DNA from: a virus
Taxonomy: Duplodnaviria; Caudoviricetes
Strand: one strand, 5' to 3'
Length of the DNA stretch: 57,488 bases
IMG/VR virus record: IMGVR_UViG_3300049170_000057
Coordinates: 1 to 57,488 of that record
The notes below the pieces were generated by a model that worked only from the letters and a program-made list of their open reading frames with translations, had not been told where the DNA came from and made no database searches. Below, piece by piece: positions 44,871 through 54,839 of this stretch (within the stretch, counting starts at the first letter, position 1; each line of letters begins with the position of its first letter). The position numbers and the translations under genes were made by a program.

Positions 44871-45322
44871 GCCTTATTTGGCATATTTCTCTCACGGCTA
44901 TTGACTGAGCCTTTTTCCAACTCAGCAATCCCTTCATTGAACTCCCGAAGCTTATCAGTGGGATAATGGCTGAAGTGCTTAATCAGCGTCACCATTTCAA
45001 CACCGTACTCGTATGTGAAGGCTTCACGATCTTTAAGATCGGCTACTGATGCCAGGTGGGTCTCTATTGCTTTGACTGACCTGATGATCTGCCCAGCATG
45101 GTTGTTAACGGCGGGCTGCTTGAATTTGGAATCAACCAGGTCGCAAGCAAATTCTATCTTGATCATTTCGGCAAGTGAGCCGATTAATTGCAGGGATTCC
45201 AATAAGCGTACTTTACGTTCGAGGGAGAATGGTTCTTTGTGTTTTAGTGGCATGGTGGGTAAAAGTTTAATCTGTACAAAAACCGGCCTGGCATCCTGAG
45301 CCTGTTCCGAAGAAGAAGTCAA
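44855..45322 (-). CDS. Hypothetical protein (start likely near 45253)
   Basis: ORF track, operon context. Confidence 0.55.
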   Translation of the reverse strand: MTSSSEQAQDARPVFVQIKLLPTMPLKHKEPFSLERKVRLLESLQLIGSLAEMIKIEFACDLVDSKFKQPAVNNHAGQIIRSVKAIETHLASVADLKDREAFTYEYGVEMVTLIKHFSHYPTDKLREFNEGIAELEKGSVNSRERNMPNKALNGG

Positions 45323-46196
45323 GTTGTAAGCCCAATTTCTGGATCTCTAATAGTGAATATTTCTCTTTGAATGTTCGATCGTAGATGGATTCCATAACAG
45401 CGGCCCACTTCATGATGTGTGGATTATTATCGAAATTCTTCCTTAGCTGCTGCTCATCCTTCCAAAAACAGTTTTGGCAATTCGAGTCCTCTGGAAAAAC
45501 GATTCCTTTCCCTTCCCAGTAATTGGCTACCATTGAGTGAATAACTTTATTGTCTATAAGAGGAAAATCCCCCACTCGCCAAACAAGATCCGTCCAGCGA
45601 TGCATATGATAAAATCCAGCTTTCGTGTTGTACTTTAACGCTGACCTCAGAACAGGATTAGTCACTTCATCGGTACTTTCATATATCTCGCAATGAGTAG
45701 CCATATGGAAACTATCAGTGAACTTGTCTTTGCGCTCCGCCTCATCATATCGAAAACCTACACGCATCTTTACCGGTAGTTCAAACCTCAAGAACAAAAG
45801 ATCGAATATTGGGACCATCTTCATTATGGTGGTGCAAAAGCGCTTATTCATGTTTGGAATGGCGGATTTGACTTTAATCATTTCCTCCCATCCCATACCT
45901 CGGAGCCAAATAATTTCTCTACCCAACATCTGCTCCAAGTCAAACATCGTTTTCAGGATGATCGGATCTTCTGATGTAGCAACAAACTCTGGCCAATGAC
46001 TGGAATACTTTTGCAGCTTATCGTTAGCCATTTGCTTAAGTTTCTTGTCAATGCCTAGACCGGCGTTATGATCGTCAATACAGACTAAGGCGAACAATTC
46101 CAGGTCAGCTGGGTAGTTTGCTGCTAAATATGAACTGGTTTTCCCACCGGATAGGCTGTTTACTGTTTTCATTTTTAACTTACTTATACTGTGCAC
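45267..46196 (-). CDS. PAPS-reductase-like / adenine nucleotide alpha-hydrolase family protein
   Basis: SLSGGKTS PP-loop, R.CT..MK, G.R.DE..R, FPL, SNC..CF. Confidence 0.8.
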   Translation of the reverse strand: MHSISKLKMKTVNSLSGGKTSSYLAANYPADLELFALVCIDDHNAGLGIDKKLKQMANDKLQKYSSHWPEFVATSEDPIILKTMFDLEQMLGREIIWLRGMGWEEMIKVKSAIPNMNKRFCTTIMKMVPIFDLLFLRFELPVKMRVGFRYDEAERKDKFTDSFHMATHCEIYESTDEVTNPVLRSALKYNTKAGFYHMHRWTDLVWRVGDFPLIDNKVIHSMVANYWEGKGIVFPEDSNCQNCFWKDEQQLRKNFDNNPHIMKWAAVMESIYDRTFKEKYSLLEIQKLGLQLDFFFGTGSGCQAGFCTD

Positions 46197-46237
46197 TTTT
46201 GTGAGAACTTTTCTTAACTTTAGAGAAACTACTAACC

Positions 46238-46510
46238 ATGATAAATTTTAATGATCTTTTCGAAACCCCTTCTGACAAAGAATTCGAAGCCCGACTACAG
46301 GAAATCGAAAAGAAGTATGCTTATTGGTTTAAAGACCGTAAATCAAGACTTTATCCAAAAGAGCCCGATACCTTAAGACTGCATATTATTACGCGATTTA
46401 AAGGGTTGGAAAGAGGCATTAATCGTGACGAGGGCTCTGATCTTCCCGATATGATATTTGAGGAATGTGTGGATGCATTTAATTCAGTGTATAACAAAAA
46501 GCTAGAGTAA
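46238..46510 (+). CDS. Small moron hypothetical protein
   Basis: Fills a gap on the opposite strand with AT-rich upstream region. Confidence 0.6.
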   Translation: MINFNDLFETPSDKEFEARLQEIEKKYAYWFKDRKSRLYPKEPDTLRLHIITRFKGLERGINRDEGSDLPDMIFEECVDAFNSVYNKKLE

Positions 46511-46515
46511 AGGCA

Positions 46516-47811
46516 TCATGCGGCTACCTCTCCTTTCTCCATTTGCCTATACTTTTTACTTATCACAGGCAACCCTTTACTTACCAACTCAACTATTTTA
46601 TCGTGATACTCAGTGGCTTTATTCTGCAATCCTCTTGACTGAGTGATCTGCATTTTAGAAAGCGATATCTCCACTGTTTCGATAGGTTTGCCATTAATTC
46701 TAGCTGAAAGTATCAGAGAGTCTGGTTTGGCATAATACCTGTTTGAGTAGACGCAATGTTTGTGAGCTTCTGCCTCGTCGATGAACTCCTGAATGCTTTC
46801 AAGAACCTTTACTTCCAAATCTGAATCTTGAAAAGTTATGCCGAAGAAAGATGACTTCAATTTTTGAAAACTGCGCTGATCGTTTTCAAGCTGCTTCATC
46901 CTGCTAGTCAACTCCTGACGCTTTAGGATAGCTGTTTTCTTTTTTACAAGCCTATCATGCTCTCTGGTCAGGTTTTTCGGACACACATACTTTGCATTCC
47001 GGAGGTCTTTACCGAAATACTCTAGCAGATCCAAGTAATCAAGCCAGGTACTTGCGCTCTTGACTATATACTTGTTTCTTAAGCAGATCTTGATTGATGA
47101 CCAATGACGCCAAATACCAGACGCCCGTTCTCCAAGATGCCGGCTCAATAAAGCGAATTGCTTTGCTTTCAGCAATGTTTCGGTTTTAGAGTCATGACCC
47201 AAATTACGCAGAAGCTCAAATGGACTAATGCCTGTTACCAAGGAAGAAAATCCATTTCGCTTGTAGACAGGGAGTAGATTCATTTCCGGATAGATTTTAA
47301 ACACTGAAATATTGTACTTCCACAAATCCCTGGGGTTCTTCAATGTCATCTGCCCACCGAAGTGATCATAAGATAGACCCATTCCACCGACCTGCATGCT
47401 GATTACTTCGAAGTTACCATCGGGTAAAATCCATTGTTGCATGATCTCCCTGGTGTAGACAGAAGGCTTTTGCTTAGCCTTCATATGACAGTTAATGTCG
47501 AAATACCGTACAACCTGAAAGTCTTCGACAACATCCAAGACAGCAAAACGTGCCCAATCCTTAGACTTCTGTTTCCTCGTTGTATCAAGCTTCAACTTCC
47601 AGCCACAACCAGGGCAAACCTCAGTTTTGATTTTCATTGAGGTGGTGGGCCAAACATGGCCGCAGCACAGGCAATTAGTCCACATCTTATTTCTATATCC
47701 AACATGGTCAATGCAATTCTTGAATGCCCATGGTTCAAGCTTGCTGGCTAATTTTGGAAGGCGCTCGCTCAACTCACAAACAAGCACCTGGCGTTTGCTT
47801 TTCGGTTTCAT
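46516..47811 (-). CDS. PcfJ-like protein
   Basis: N-terminal CxxC pairs, W.DYL..L, HD, E....HCV, TVE, Q.RG..N; adjacent to PcfK. Confidence 0.9.
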   Translation of the reverse strand: MKPKSKRQVLVCELSERLPKLASKLEPWAFKNCIDHVGYRNKMWTNCLCCGHVWPTTSMKIKTEVCPGCGWKLKLDTTRKQKSKDWARFAVLDVVEDFQVVRYFDINCHMKAKQKPSVYTREIMQQWILPDGNFEVISMQVGGMGLSYDHFGGQMTLKNPRDLWKYNISVFKIYPEMNLLPVYKRNGFSSLVTGISPFELLRNLGHDSKTETLLKAKQFALLSRHLGERASGIWRHWSSIKICLRNKYIVKSASTWLDYLDLLEYFGKDLRNAKYVCPKNLTREHDRLVKKKTAILKRQELTSRMKQLENDQRSFQKLKSSFFGITFQDSDLEVKVLESIQEFIDEAEAHKHCVYSNRYYAKPDSLILSARINGKPIETVEISLSKMQITQSRGLQNKATEYHDKIVELVSKGLPVISKKYRQMEKGEVAA

Positions 47812-47861
47812 AATTAGAATAATGAGATTTGACTTTCCGGTACCGGCGCTAATTTCTTTAT

Positions 47862-48209
47862 TTATTTTAATGGCCTGCTTGGTGCAGGTTCCCTAGAGGC
47901 AATAACCTTCTCCATTTTACCTATGGTGGCAGGAGCTTCAACATGATGATTCACCACAACCTTTGCGTTGACTGGCTTTCCTACCGCGATATCATCCTCG
48001 TCATAATAGTGAACAGCCATGTTGAAGATTTCTTCATCTGCAAAACCTGCACAACCACTTTTTTGCACCGTGTTGAGGATGTAGGTAATGCAATCGTCTA
48101 TGTTCTTTGCGGGCTTTTTGAATGTCTCTGCAAATAGGGGATCATTCGCAGCAACACCTTCGAGGTGCGACTGGATTATTGTCTTGAATGAGTCGGTTGC
48201 TTTCATCAC
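47862..48209 (-). CDS. PcfK-like protein (AcrIIA9 family), C-terminus cut by an in-frame TAA
   Basis: K.IDDCITYILN.V..SGC.G..D.E....A.HYYDED.I.VG.P....VVVNH. Confidence 0.88.
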   Translation of the reverse strand: MMKATDSFKTIIQSHLEGVAANDPLFAETFKKPAKNIDDCITYILNTVQKSGCAGFADEEIFNMAVHYYDEDDIAVGKPVNAKVVVNHHVEAPATIGKMEKVIASREPAPSRPLK

Positions 48210-48514
48210 TCCCCCTCCCTAACCAATACATCCGCACTTTTCACACTCGCATACTTCCCACGGATCTCAGCGGCGAAATACACACCAGCACTTGGCGCAG
48301 CTACCATCCGGTCCAACACGTCAGCAGGCACCTGAGTATACAGATACGTGCCTCCTGCCCTATTCGGACTGCCAATAAACTGGACGAATAAGATCTTATG
48401 CTCACGGTCTACGCCGAAGAAAGCGACCGTCGAAGACTTGGGTGCATGTATTTCAAATCCGGCAACGACCGGGGCAACCAGGTAGGGTTTATTGTTGATT
48501 GATACTCTTTTCAT
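48206..48514 (-). CDS. KTSC domain protein
   Basis: SS.V...G.D.....L.V.F...Y.Y..VP......A.S.G.YF...IR. Confidence 0.85.
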   Translation of the reverse strand: MKRVSINNKPYLVAPVVAGFEIHAPKSSTVAFFGVDREHKILFVQFIGSPNRAGGTYLYTQVPADVLDRMVAAPSAGVYFAAEIRGKYASVKSADVLVREGE

Positions 48515-48571
48515 GATTGATTAAATTAAAGGCGGCTATTAAACCGCCTATTATAGACACATTTGGCTTAC

Positions 48572-48934
48572 CTAGAACGGCAGGTCGTCATCCTGTGGGG
48601 TATTACTAAACTCTGCTGGTGGAGTATACTGCGGCGCAGATTCTACGTTACTGCCATCTTGCTTACTGATCTTCCAGCAAACCAACGTGTTGAAGTAGGA
48701 AGTCTTGCCGTTTCGGTCGGTCCATGGGCGTCCTCGAAGGTTGAAGTGAACATCAACTACATCACCTGGTTTGTAATTATCTAAGATGTTCACCTTGTCT
48801 TGATGAACTTCAAATTTAATATACTCCGGGTAGTTCGGATTTTCCGCATACTCGACTACCAGTTCTCTTTTTTTGAAAGTCTCAGTTACATTTTGAACGG
48901 GACTCACTTCATGTACTTTACCTTTAATATCCAT
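48572..48934 (-). CDS. DUF3127 family single-stranded DNA-binding protein
   Basis: F.KRELV, YP..I.F, F.LRGR.W, YFN.L..W, C-terminal DDDLPF. Confidence 0.9.
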   Translation of the reverse strand: MDIKGKVHEVSPVQNVTETFKKRELVVEYAENPNYPEYIKFEVHQDKVNILDNYKPGDVVDVHFNLRGRPWTDRNGKTSYFNTLVCWKISKQDGSNVESAPQYTPPAEFSNTPQDDDLPF

Positions 48935-48970
48935 TATTTGCTATTTATAATCCGGAAACGCCGGTTCGTT

Positions 48971-49639
48971 TTAAAACATTTTATACCATTCGAAAGCCAG
49001 GCGCTCAGCCTGCTGCTTTCCTTTAAGCCAATACTTATCGCCTTCTACAATGGGCAGCTTAAACACCTTATGCGGCTCGCTTTTACTGATACCTATCAGG
49101 ATATCTTTCTTTGATCCGGACATTGTCATGTACAGGTACCTTTGACGGAAGTAGTCGAAGTATTCGCAGGCATCCACAAAAGCTTTTTGGGAAGTTGATG
49201 CAGTAGACTTGATATCACCTCCGTGCTTTAGTGCCGGCATCCAGAGATCAAACTTGCACCTCATCACTAGGCTGAATGAAAACCCGCAGTATTCGAAATG
49301 AACCGGAGTGATGAACACCTTCTGAAACTCGCTTAGCTTATGAAGACTCACGCAGGTAGGGTCCGCCATAAAAGACTTTCGCATCTTAAGCGACCTATCC
49401 CATTCCTCCTGACTGATCACTTCACCCTCGCAGGTCCTTTTAAAGTAATCGAGCTTTGACTCCTCAGTGATCTGCGCATCCAAAAGATTGCCGAACCGAT
49501 AAGCGTTTGTAGGATCCATGAACGGTTTTGGATTCAACATACCATCAAGCCAGCTTAAATCGCTGTTAGATACGGAAGGGTGATTGTAGTAGTCCATGCC
49601 TAAGTCTCCTGCGTCCATCGCAATGCTTCCCGCCTCCAT
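48971..49639 (-). CDS. RecE/ExoVIII-like PD-(D/E)XK exonuclease
   Basis: YY....VSNSDL, RCKFD, DIKST and Y..Q..Y motifs; near recT. Confidence 0.8.
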   Translation of the reverse strand: MEAGSIAMDAGDLGMDYYNHPSVSNSDLSWLDGMLNPKPFMDPTNAYRFGNLLDAQITEESKLDYFKRTCEGEVISQEEWDRSLKMRKSFMADPTCVSLHKLSEFQKVFITPVHFEYCGFSFSLVMRCKFDLWMPALKHGGDIKSTASTSQKAFVDACEYFDYFRQRYLYMTMSGSKKDILIGISKSEPHKVFKLPIVEGDKYWLKGKQQAERLAFEWYKMF

Positions 49640-49641
49640 CC

Positions 49642-50853
49642 TTACGCTGCCTTACTTGCTATCGCCTTGACGTCGTCCACGTACCTGATATTCTTGCTCT
49701 CGATAAACTCTCCGGAGCGAGCAACCTTTTCAGCGAAGGTTTTCATGGTCTCAAGTTTCTTCTTACCAAGATCTTCTACACTTAAACCGTTCCCTTCTTT
49801 TCGGAAATAAAGGGAGATAATTTCCAACCACCCAGCGGAGTTCAGCACCTCAATTTTAACAGCCTTACGGATTGACGCAACATTATCAGACTGAATCTCA
49901 GCGCGAGCAATTTCAGCATCCATAGCAACGTTAGCCTCAGCAATCTCACGGGCCACACGCGTCTCTTCCTCAGCTTTAATTCTGGCTTCTTCAGCTTCCT
50001 TCTGGCGCTGTGCATCCGCTGCTTTTTGGCGCTCTTCAGACTCCGCTCTTAATCGTGCTGCCTCCTCTGCTCCTGCATTCTTTATCGCTTCAAGCTCTGC
50101 TTTCTTGGACGGAAATTGAATCAAAAGCTCATCCCTGAAAGCCTTCATCTGGGCAGTGTAGTTTTTGCTCACATCCATGAAGCGGCCCGCTTTCTGATTA
50201 AGAATGATATTCTCAACCTCGGCTTGGGTTAAATACAAAACATCAGGAGTAGGCAGGATTGCATTCCAGCGATCTATTTTGAATATGAACTCATAGCCCT
50301 TAAAAGCCTCGAGTAAGGTGTCATACTTTTCAAGAGTCACACCTTCGAAGGCTTTATTTAAGAGGGCTTTGTCAGCTGAAATAAGATTGATGATGGTCTG
50401 GTCAATTGCCGAACGAACATCTATAGCAACGCTTTCCTTCTCCCGGGCGACATTCTGATTGTGAAGGATCTTTGCTTCATCCTGCTTGCGCTTCAATTCC
50501 TTTGCACGAGCATGCCCGTCTCTCAATCCCTGAGCTTCTGCATAGATCCCTTTACCAGGCGCGATCTGGTTTTCTAGTCCGGTAAATTCTTTAATGACTG
50601 AGTCCAGTGCGCGGGTTAATGGCGAACGAGCATCGTTCATTTTCTTGTGAGTCGCTTTTAGCTTCACCAAGTAATTGTTCAGCTTCTCGTCTAACTCGTC
50701 GCTCATGCCTTTTTTGGCCTGTTCTACTAGCCCCTGCCCGTAGGTAACTGCATTCGTTACACTGGTCTTGTTGGCGTCGAGCGTAGCGATCAAACTATCC
50801 TTGGTTGGTATGCTGGATACCAGAGCAGGGAGATTGTTGTTTTCTGTGTTCAT
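49642..50853 (-). CDS. Coiled-coil protein of the recombination module
   Basis: Long Ala/Glu-rich coiled coil between recT and the exonuclease. Confidence 0.7.
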   Translation of the reverse strand: MNTENNNLPALVSSIPTKDSLIATLDANKTSVTNAVTYGQGLVEQAKKGMSDELDEKLNNYLVKLKATHKKMNDARSPLTRALDSVIKEFTGLENQIAPGKGIYAEAQGLRDGHARAKELKRKQDEAKILHNQNVAREKESVAIDVRSAIDQTIINLISADKALLNKAFEGVTLEKYDTLLEAFKGYEFIFKIDRWNAILPTPDVLYLTQAEVENIILNQKAGRFMDVSKNYTAQMKAFRDELLIQFPSKKAELEAIKNAGAEEAARLRAESEERQKAADAQRQKEAEEARIKAEEETRVAREIAEANVAMDAEIARAEIQSDNVASIRKAVKIEVLNSAGWLEIISLYFRKEGNGLSVEDLGKKKLETMKTFAEKVARSGEFIESKNIRYVDDVKAIASKAA

Positions 50854-50870
50854 GTTCTTGATATTATAGG

Positions 50871-51767
50871 TTAAAATGAATCATCTTCTTGAGCGGTAGC
50901 CGTAGTGGTAGCGCCGGCAGTAACCTCAGGCTCTACCTCTGTATGGGTGATATCCTCGGTGAACCCGTAGTCAATATTTTCAGGGATATTGTTTCCATCG
51001 GCTAATGGTGCGTCAGTTACCTGAGCTTCGCTAAACTGGCCTAACTTCACTTTAGGATAAGTTTTGAAAGCATGTTTGATGGTCTTTGCCATAAGAAAGC
51101 CAGGATCGATGCCGCCGTTAGCAGATTTATAGAGCGAGTTTGCGCCATTTGATTTATTCTGTTTAGCTGAGTATCCAGCCATTCTCTCCCAGTCCTCCTT
51201 CAATAACCACTTATAGTCCACTGATCCATCAGGGCGAACGATCTTGATGTAGCTGGCAATGATCTCCTTGGAAAGCCTTGGTACAGCAGGCGAATGATTT
51301 ACGATACCGTTATCGATGCTGAAATTATCGCCTTGGTAAACCACCACCGGATTATCTGCATACTTGATCTGGCCTGCCTGAATACGGGTCTTTAGCTCAC
51401 CGTATGGAGAAACCACCATGACAGCATTCTTTATCCACTGGGGTTGATCTTTAGTACCAACGTTCACGTTCCGGCTCATCAGGTATACGTCTGGTTGATT
51501 GCCTGTTTCGAGGCTGTAGTTGTATACCGCACAATCCATGAACACACCATAAAGGCTGATTCCTGTGCATTCTTTTAATGCCGGCGTCTCATTGATCTGC
51601 TTAAGGAAATGGAACTTCTGACGGGCAAGCATTAACTCCCCTTTCCCATCACCGTGGACATCGTTATACAACTTCACAAACTTGCCGGTTACGCCCGGGT
51701 GATCCACAAGCTGTATAGGTGATAGAGAATTGATCTCTGATACTTTTAATAATTTGTCCTGATTCAT
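50871..51767 (-). CDS. recT: RecT family single-strand annealing protein
   Basis: L..CT..S, YL, YGEL...AGQI, VVY.GD.F, AKTIKHAFK.YP. Confidence 0.88.
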   Translation of the reverse strand: MNQDKLLKVSEINSLSPIQLVDHPGVTGKFVKLYNDVHGDGKGELMLARQKFHFLKQINETPALKECTGISLYGVFMDCAVYNYSLETGNQPDVYLMSRNVNVGTKDQPQWIKNAVMVVSPYGELKTRIQAGQIKYADNPVVVYQGDNFSIDNGIVNHSPAVPRLSKEIIASYIKIVRPDGSVDYKWLLKEDWERMAGYSAKQNKSNGANSLYKSANGGIDPGFLMAKTIKHAFKTYPKVKLGQFSEAQVTDAPLADGNNIPENIDYGFTEDITHTEVEPEVTAGATTTATAQEDDSF

Positions 51768-51913
51768 ATCTATGTGATTGATTTAATTTCAAGCGACTTA
51801 TATCGCGCTTAGATCTCTTTTTACTTCGGCTAGGCCGTCGAGTACGACATCGCACTTATCGATTGCAACCTCAACTAGTGATATCAGCTGCTTTATTTTT
51901 TCTGCTTTCGTCA

Positions 51914-52138
51914 TTATATGATGATCATTAGTGCCCATGAAATAAATGCGACTACTGCCGCGATGCGCCTCCAGTGAATAATTCGGTTTGAGGTAGGCTC
52001 AACGTCGGGATATATCTCTTGCATAACCTGACGCTCATGATATGAGTCAGCCTTAGTACGACGCGAAACGAACTGGATAGCATCATCGTAAGTGAATACA
52101 CTCAGAGCTGCTGATGGAATATTTTGCTGTCTTTTCAT
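51914..52138 (-). CDS. Small membrane-anchored hypothetical protein
   Basis: C-terminal TM helix. Confidence 0.55.
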   Translation of the reverse strand: MKRQQNIPSAALSVFTYDDAIQFVSRRTKADSYHERQVMQEIYPDVEPTSNRIIHWRRIAAVVAFISWALMIII

Positions 52139-52150
52139 GGCTATAGTTGG

Positions 52151-52438
52151 TTAGATTCTTTCTTTTGCTGTTAAATATGTATGCCTGTTTGAAGTCCGGG
52201 CAATCGCCTCCACCTGGACTCTTTCCAATCGAACGGTGGCTGAAGCGTGTCCGTCCTTTATTGGAATGAGAAGACCTTCCTGGATCCACCTTTCAATACT
52301 AGCCCTGCCATACATTCTGTAGGCTTCGGACTTCTTCATATACGGCTTAATGACTCCAGCCTCAGATAGTGCTTTCTTTGCACCCAGTTCAGCTGCCTGA
52401 TATAGCAGGTTTGATAGTTGAGATTGTGATATTTCCAT
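52151..52438 (-). CDS. Excisionase-like winged-HTH protein
   Basis: AAELGA...EAYR.YGR..IERWI.EGL. Confidence 0.65.
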   Translation of the reverse strand: MEISQSQLSNLLYQAAELGAKKALSEAGVIKPYMKKSEAYRMYGRASIERWIQEGLLIPIKDGHASATVRLERVQVEAIARTSNRHTYLTAKERI

Positions 52439-52668
52439 TAGGCTGTTTGTTTTGAGGTTTCTTTATTTACTTCGAGATATTCGTTACTATCACTGTCACG
52501 TTTGATTTCTGTTGAGAACTTGATCTCCGGGTTAGTCCTCTTCAGGGTTCTGCTAATTGCCTGCCTTGCTGCTGATAGTAAGGAAATATCAAGCTTGTGA
52601 ATTCCATCTGGCAGCTCGAGCAATATCTCTGTGCATGCCTTTTTCTTTTCAATTTTTATAAGTTCCAT
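52438..52668 (-). CDS. Small DNA-binding-like hypothetical protein
   Basis: Early operon; basic helix SAARQAISRTLK. Confidence 0.55.
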   Translation of the reverse strand: MELIKIEKKKACTEILLELPDGIHKLDISLLSAARQAISRTLKRTNPEIKFSTEIKRDSDSNEYLEVNKETSKQTA

Positions 52669-53234
52669 AGTTGGTTGATGTTATAGAACCCATGATCGAG
52701 AGCCACGCTTGCAAGCATGCTGGCCGACTCTATCCCGAGTTTGCTTCGTATATTTTTCGAATGTGTATTTACAGTATGGTGGGACATGAATAGCTTATCC
52801 GCTATAGTCTTTGCATCAAGGAAACACCAGTTAAGTACCCTGATCTCACTATCGGTCACCTTCACACCGTTGATCATTGCGAACTTGTCGCAAGCAATAC
52901 CTTCGAAAGGACACGTCCCTCTCTTTTCGCAGGTGACATACTCCGAATTCACTTTGCCTGCCTCATCGATGTCAGGGGTCCCATCAAGATTGGCGAACCT
53001 GCACTTGATGCATTGGGCAATCTTATCATTAGGGTTCGCCCCTGCCATCGCTTCATAAGCAGCGTTCATCTTTTTATCACTCTCGATATAATCAAGAATC
53101 ACACTCTTTACTTTAGGACAGGCATCTTCTATAGTTGAGGTATGCCCTGCATGGATAATAAAAGCTTCACCATCTTCGGCGAACATTTCGGTTCCACGGC
53201 CTTTAAGTATTTTCTTGAGAGAGTGCTGTTTCAT
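52656..53234 (-). CDS. LuxR-type HTH regulator with Cys-rich domain
   Basis: T.SE..VL...K.IADKLF.S..TV.TH.KNI..KLG; C...G.C..EG..C; start taken at MKQHS. Confidence 0.85.
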   Translation of the reverse strand: MKQHSLKKILKGRGTEMFAEDGEAFIIHAGHTSTIEDACPKVKSVILDYIESDKKMNAAYEAMAGANPNDKIAQCIKCRFANLDGTPDIDEAGKVNSEYVTCEKRGTCPFEGIACDKFAMINGVKVTDSEIRVLNWCFLDAKTIADKLFMSHHTVNTHSKNIRSKLGIESASMLASVALDHGFYNINQLWNL

Positions 53235-53294
53235 GACTATTAGGTATTTTCCGAGCTTGTGTTTATTACTATCTTTGTTTGTGTCATACAAATT

Positions 53295-53342
53295 TACAGT
53301 ATTACTGCATTCAATACAATATTACTGTACAGTTTTACTGTA
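53295..53342. promoter_or_regulatory. Three 15-bp palindromic operators (TACAGTAnTACTGTA consensus)
   Basis: TACAGTATTACTGCA 53295-53309, TACAATATTACTGTA 53315-53329, TACAGTTTTACTGTA 53328-53342, between divergent cI and early genes. Confidence 0.8.
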
Positions 53343-53393
53343 ACAATTTTATAATTGACTGATTTTCAATTAGATTATTTTTTATACAAGTGA

Positions 53394-54131
53394 ATGAACA
53401 GCTCCGAGCGACTAGAAAGAATACTATCACACCTCAATTTGAGCTACAATGCCTTTGCAAAGGCTATAGGTCTTTCTAGAACACAGCAGCTATATGATAT
53501 ACGAGATGGTAAAATCAAAACCATCAGCATAGCTTTAGCCCTTAAGATCAATAAGGCTTTCCCTGAACTAAATTTGGGATGGATGGCAAAAGGTGAGGGC
53601 GAAATGCTCGCGCCGAATGAGAACGCTATATTTATAGGCGAGGTAGAAGAAGGGAATTCCGATACAAAGTTTACGGAGATTAGTCCTGGCCGGTATAGAA
53701 TGAAGGTGGAGTTGATAGATAAGCCCGCACGTGCTGGGTATCTGGCTGGGTTCGAGGATCCGACGTACAAAGAGGACTTTCCAATGCATGAAGTAACTGT
53801 TAAGAAATACCACAAGGGTAAATACAAGGCGTTTGAAGTGGTAGGAGACAGTATGGAAGATGGAACGATTGAGAGTGTCCCAGATGGAACTATTGTAACC
53901 TGCAGGGAATTAGATAGACATCTATGGAGAAAAAGATTGCATACACACGACTACCCTAATTGGGTATTTGTTCATCGGGAACAGGGCATATTAGTCAAGC
54001 GCATAAAATCGCAAAACTTAGAGACCGGCGACATTGTGCTATCCAGCTTAAATTCAAAATACAAGGATATACCAATCAATTTGAATGATGTCTTCGCAAT
54101 CTTCAACGTTGTGAAGCGAGAATTAGAATAA
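53394..54131 (+). CDS. CI-like repressor (HTH plus S24 autopeptidase)
   Basis: N-terminal HTH, AG cleavage site, F.V.GDSM, LVKR, L.SLN..Y. Confidence 0.93.
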   Translation: MNSSERLERILSHLNLSYNAFAKAIGLSRTQQLYDIRDGKIKTISIALALKINKAFPELNLGWMAKGEGEMLAPNENAIFIGEVEEGNSDTKFTEISPGRYRMKVELIDKPARAGYLAGFEDPTYKEDFPMHEVTVKKYHKGKYKAFEVVGDSMEDGTIESVPDGTIVTCRELDRHLWRKRLHTHDYPNWVFVHREQGILVKRIKSQNLETGDIVLSSLNSKYKDIPINLNDVFAIFNVVKRELE

Positions 54132-54146
54132 TCATCTCCTGATCCA

Positions 54147-54839
54147 ATGGGCACCGTCACACTATACTTCAGGAAGTCAGCATCGGCAGCATTCATGCAG
54201 ATCTTAAGTTCCGCTTCAACGTTCCCTGGCTTTTCGGACAATGGTGGTGTTTATAGCGTGGAATTCAACAATGAGGATATCTATAAGGAATGGGACATGT
54301 TTGCATCCATCTTCCTGGCGGCAAGAAAGTGGAGTAGCTTCAGGGTAAAAGTGGATGGTAATGCATTGTTTGGTTCGCACGAAATTTCATCACTCTTTGA
54401 AAATCTTCAAGCATGCAGAAAATGCTACACTCAAAAGATGTGGGGAAATGTTGATCCGGAAGACATTGCCAACGAGACAGTGGTATGCTGCAGGATTAAA
54501 GGGGTAGATTTTAAGATGTCAGGCTGGCATCCTTTCAAGTGGTATAATTACGGAAGGCTGGTGGACGGGTATTGGCAGATACAGAAAGACGATATTTTAC
54601 ATGCCGTAGTAAACTCAGCAAAGGAGAATCACGCCCATTTATGCAACTTCTTTGATCTGGATCAGGCCCGACGCAAGATCGACTCCCTTCCGGATACGCT
54701 TGATATTGCCGGTCCAGAATGGGAAAAGACATATGAGACATATCCGGTTGAAGGACAGATGAAAACAACAATAAAGAACATAAGATGGGCACAGCCTGAG
54801 AAGAACTTTAACCCTGATAACATACTGAACAACCTATGA
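54147..54839 (+). CDS. Hypothetical Cys-containing protein co-transcribed with cI
   Basis: ORF track; no family recognised. Confidence 0.65.
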   Translation: MGTVTLYFRKSASAAFMQILSSASTFPGFSDNGGVYSVEFNNEDIYKEWDMFASIFLAARKWSSFRVKVDGNALFGSHEISSLFENLQACRKCYTQKMWGNVDPEDIANETVVCCRIKGVDFKMSGWHPFKWYNYGRLVDGYWQIQKDDILHAVVNSAKENHAHLCNFFDLDQARRKIDSLPDTLDIAGPEWEKTYETYPVEGQMKTTIKNIRWAQPEKNFNPDNILNNL

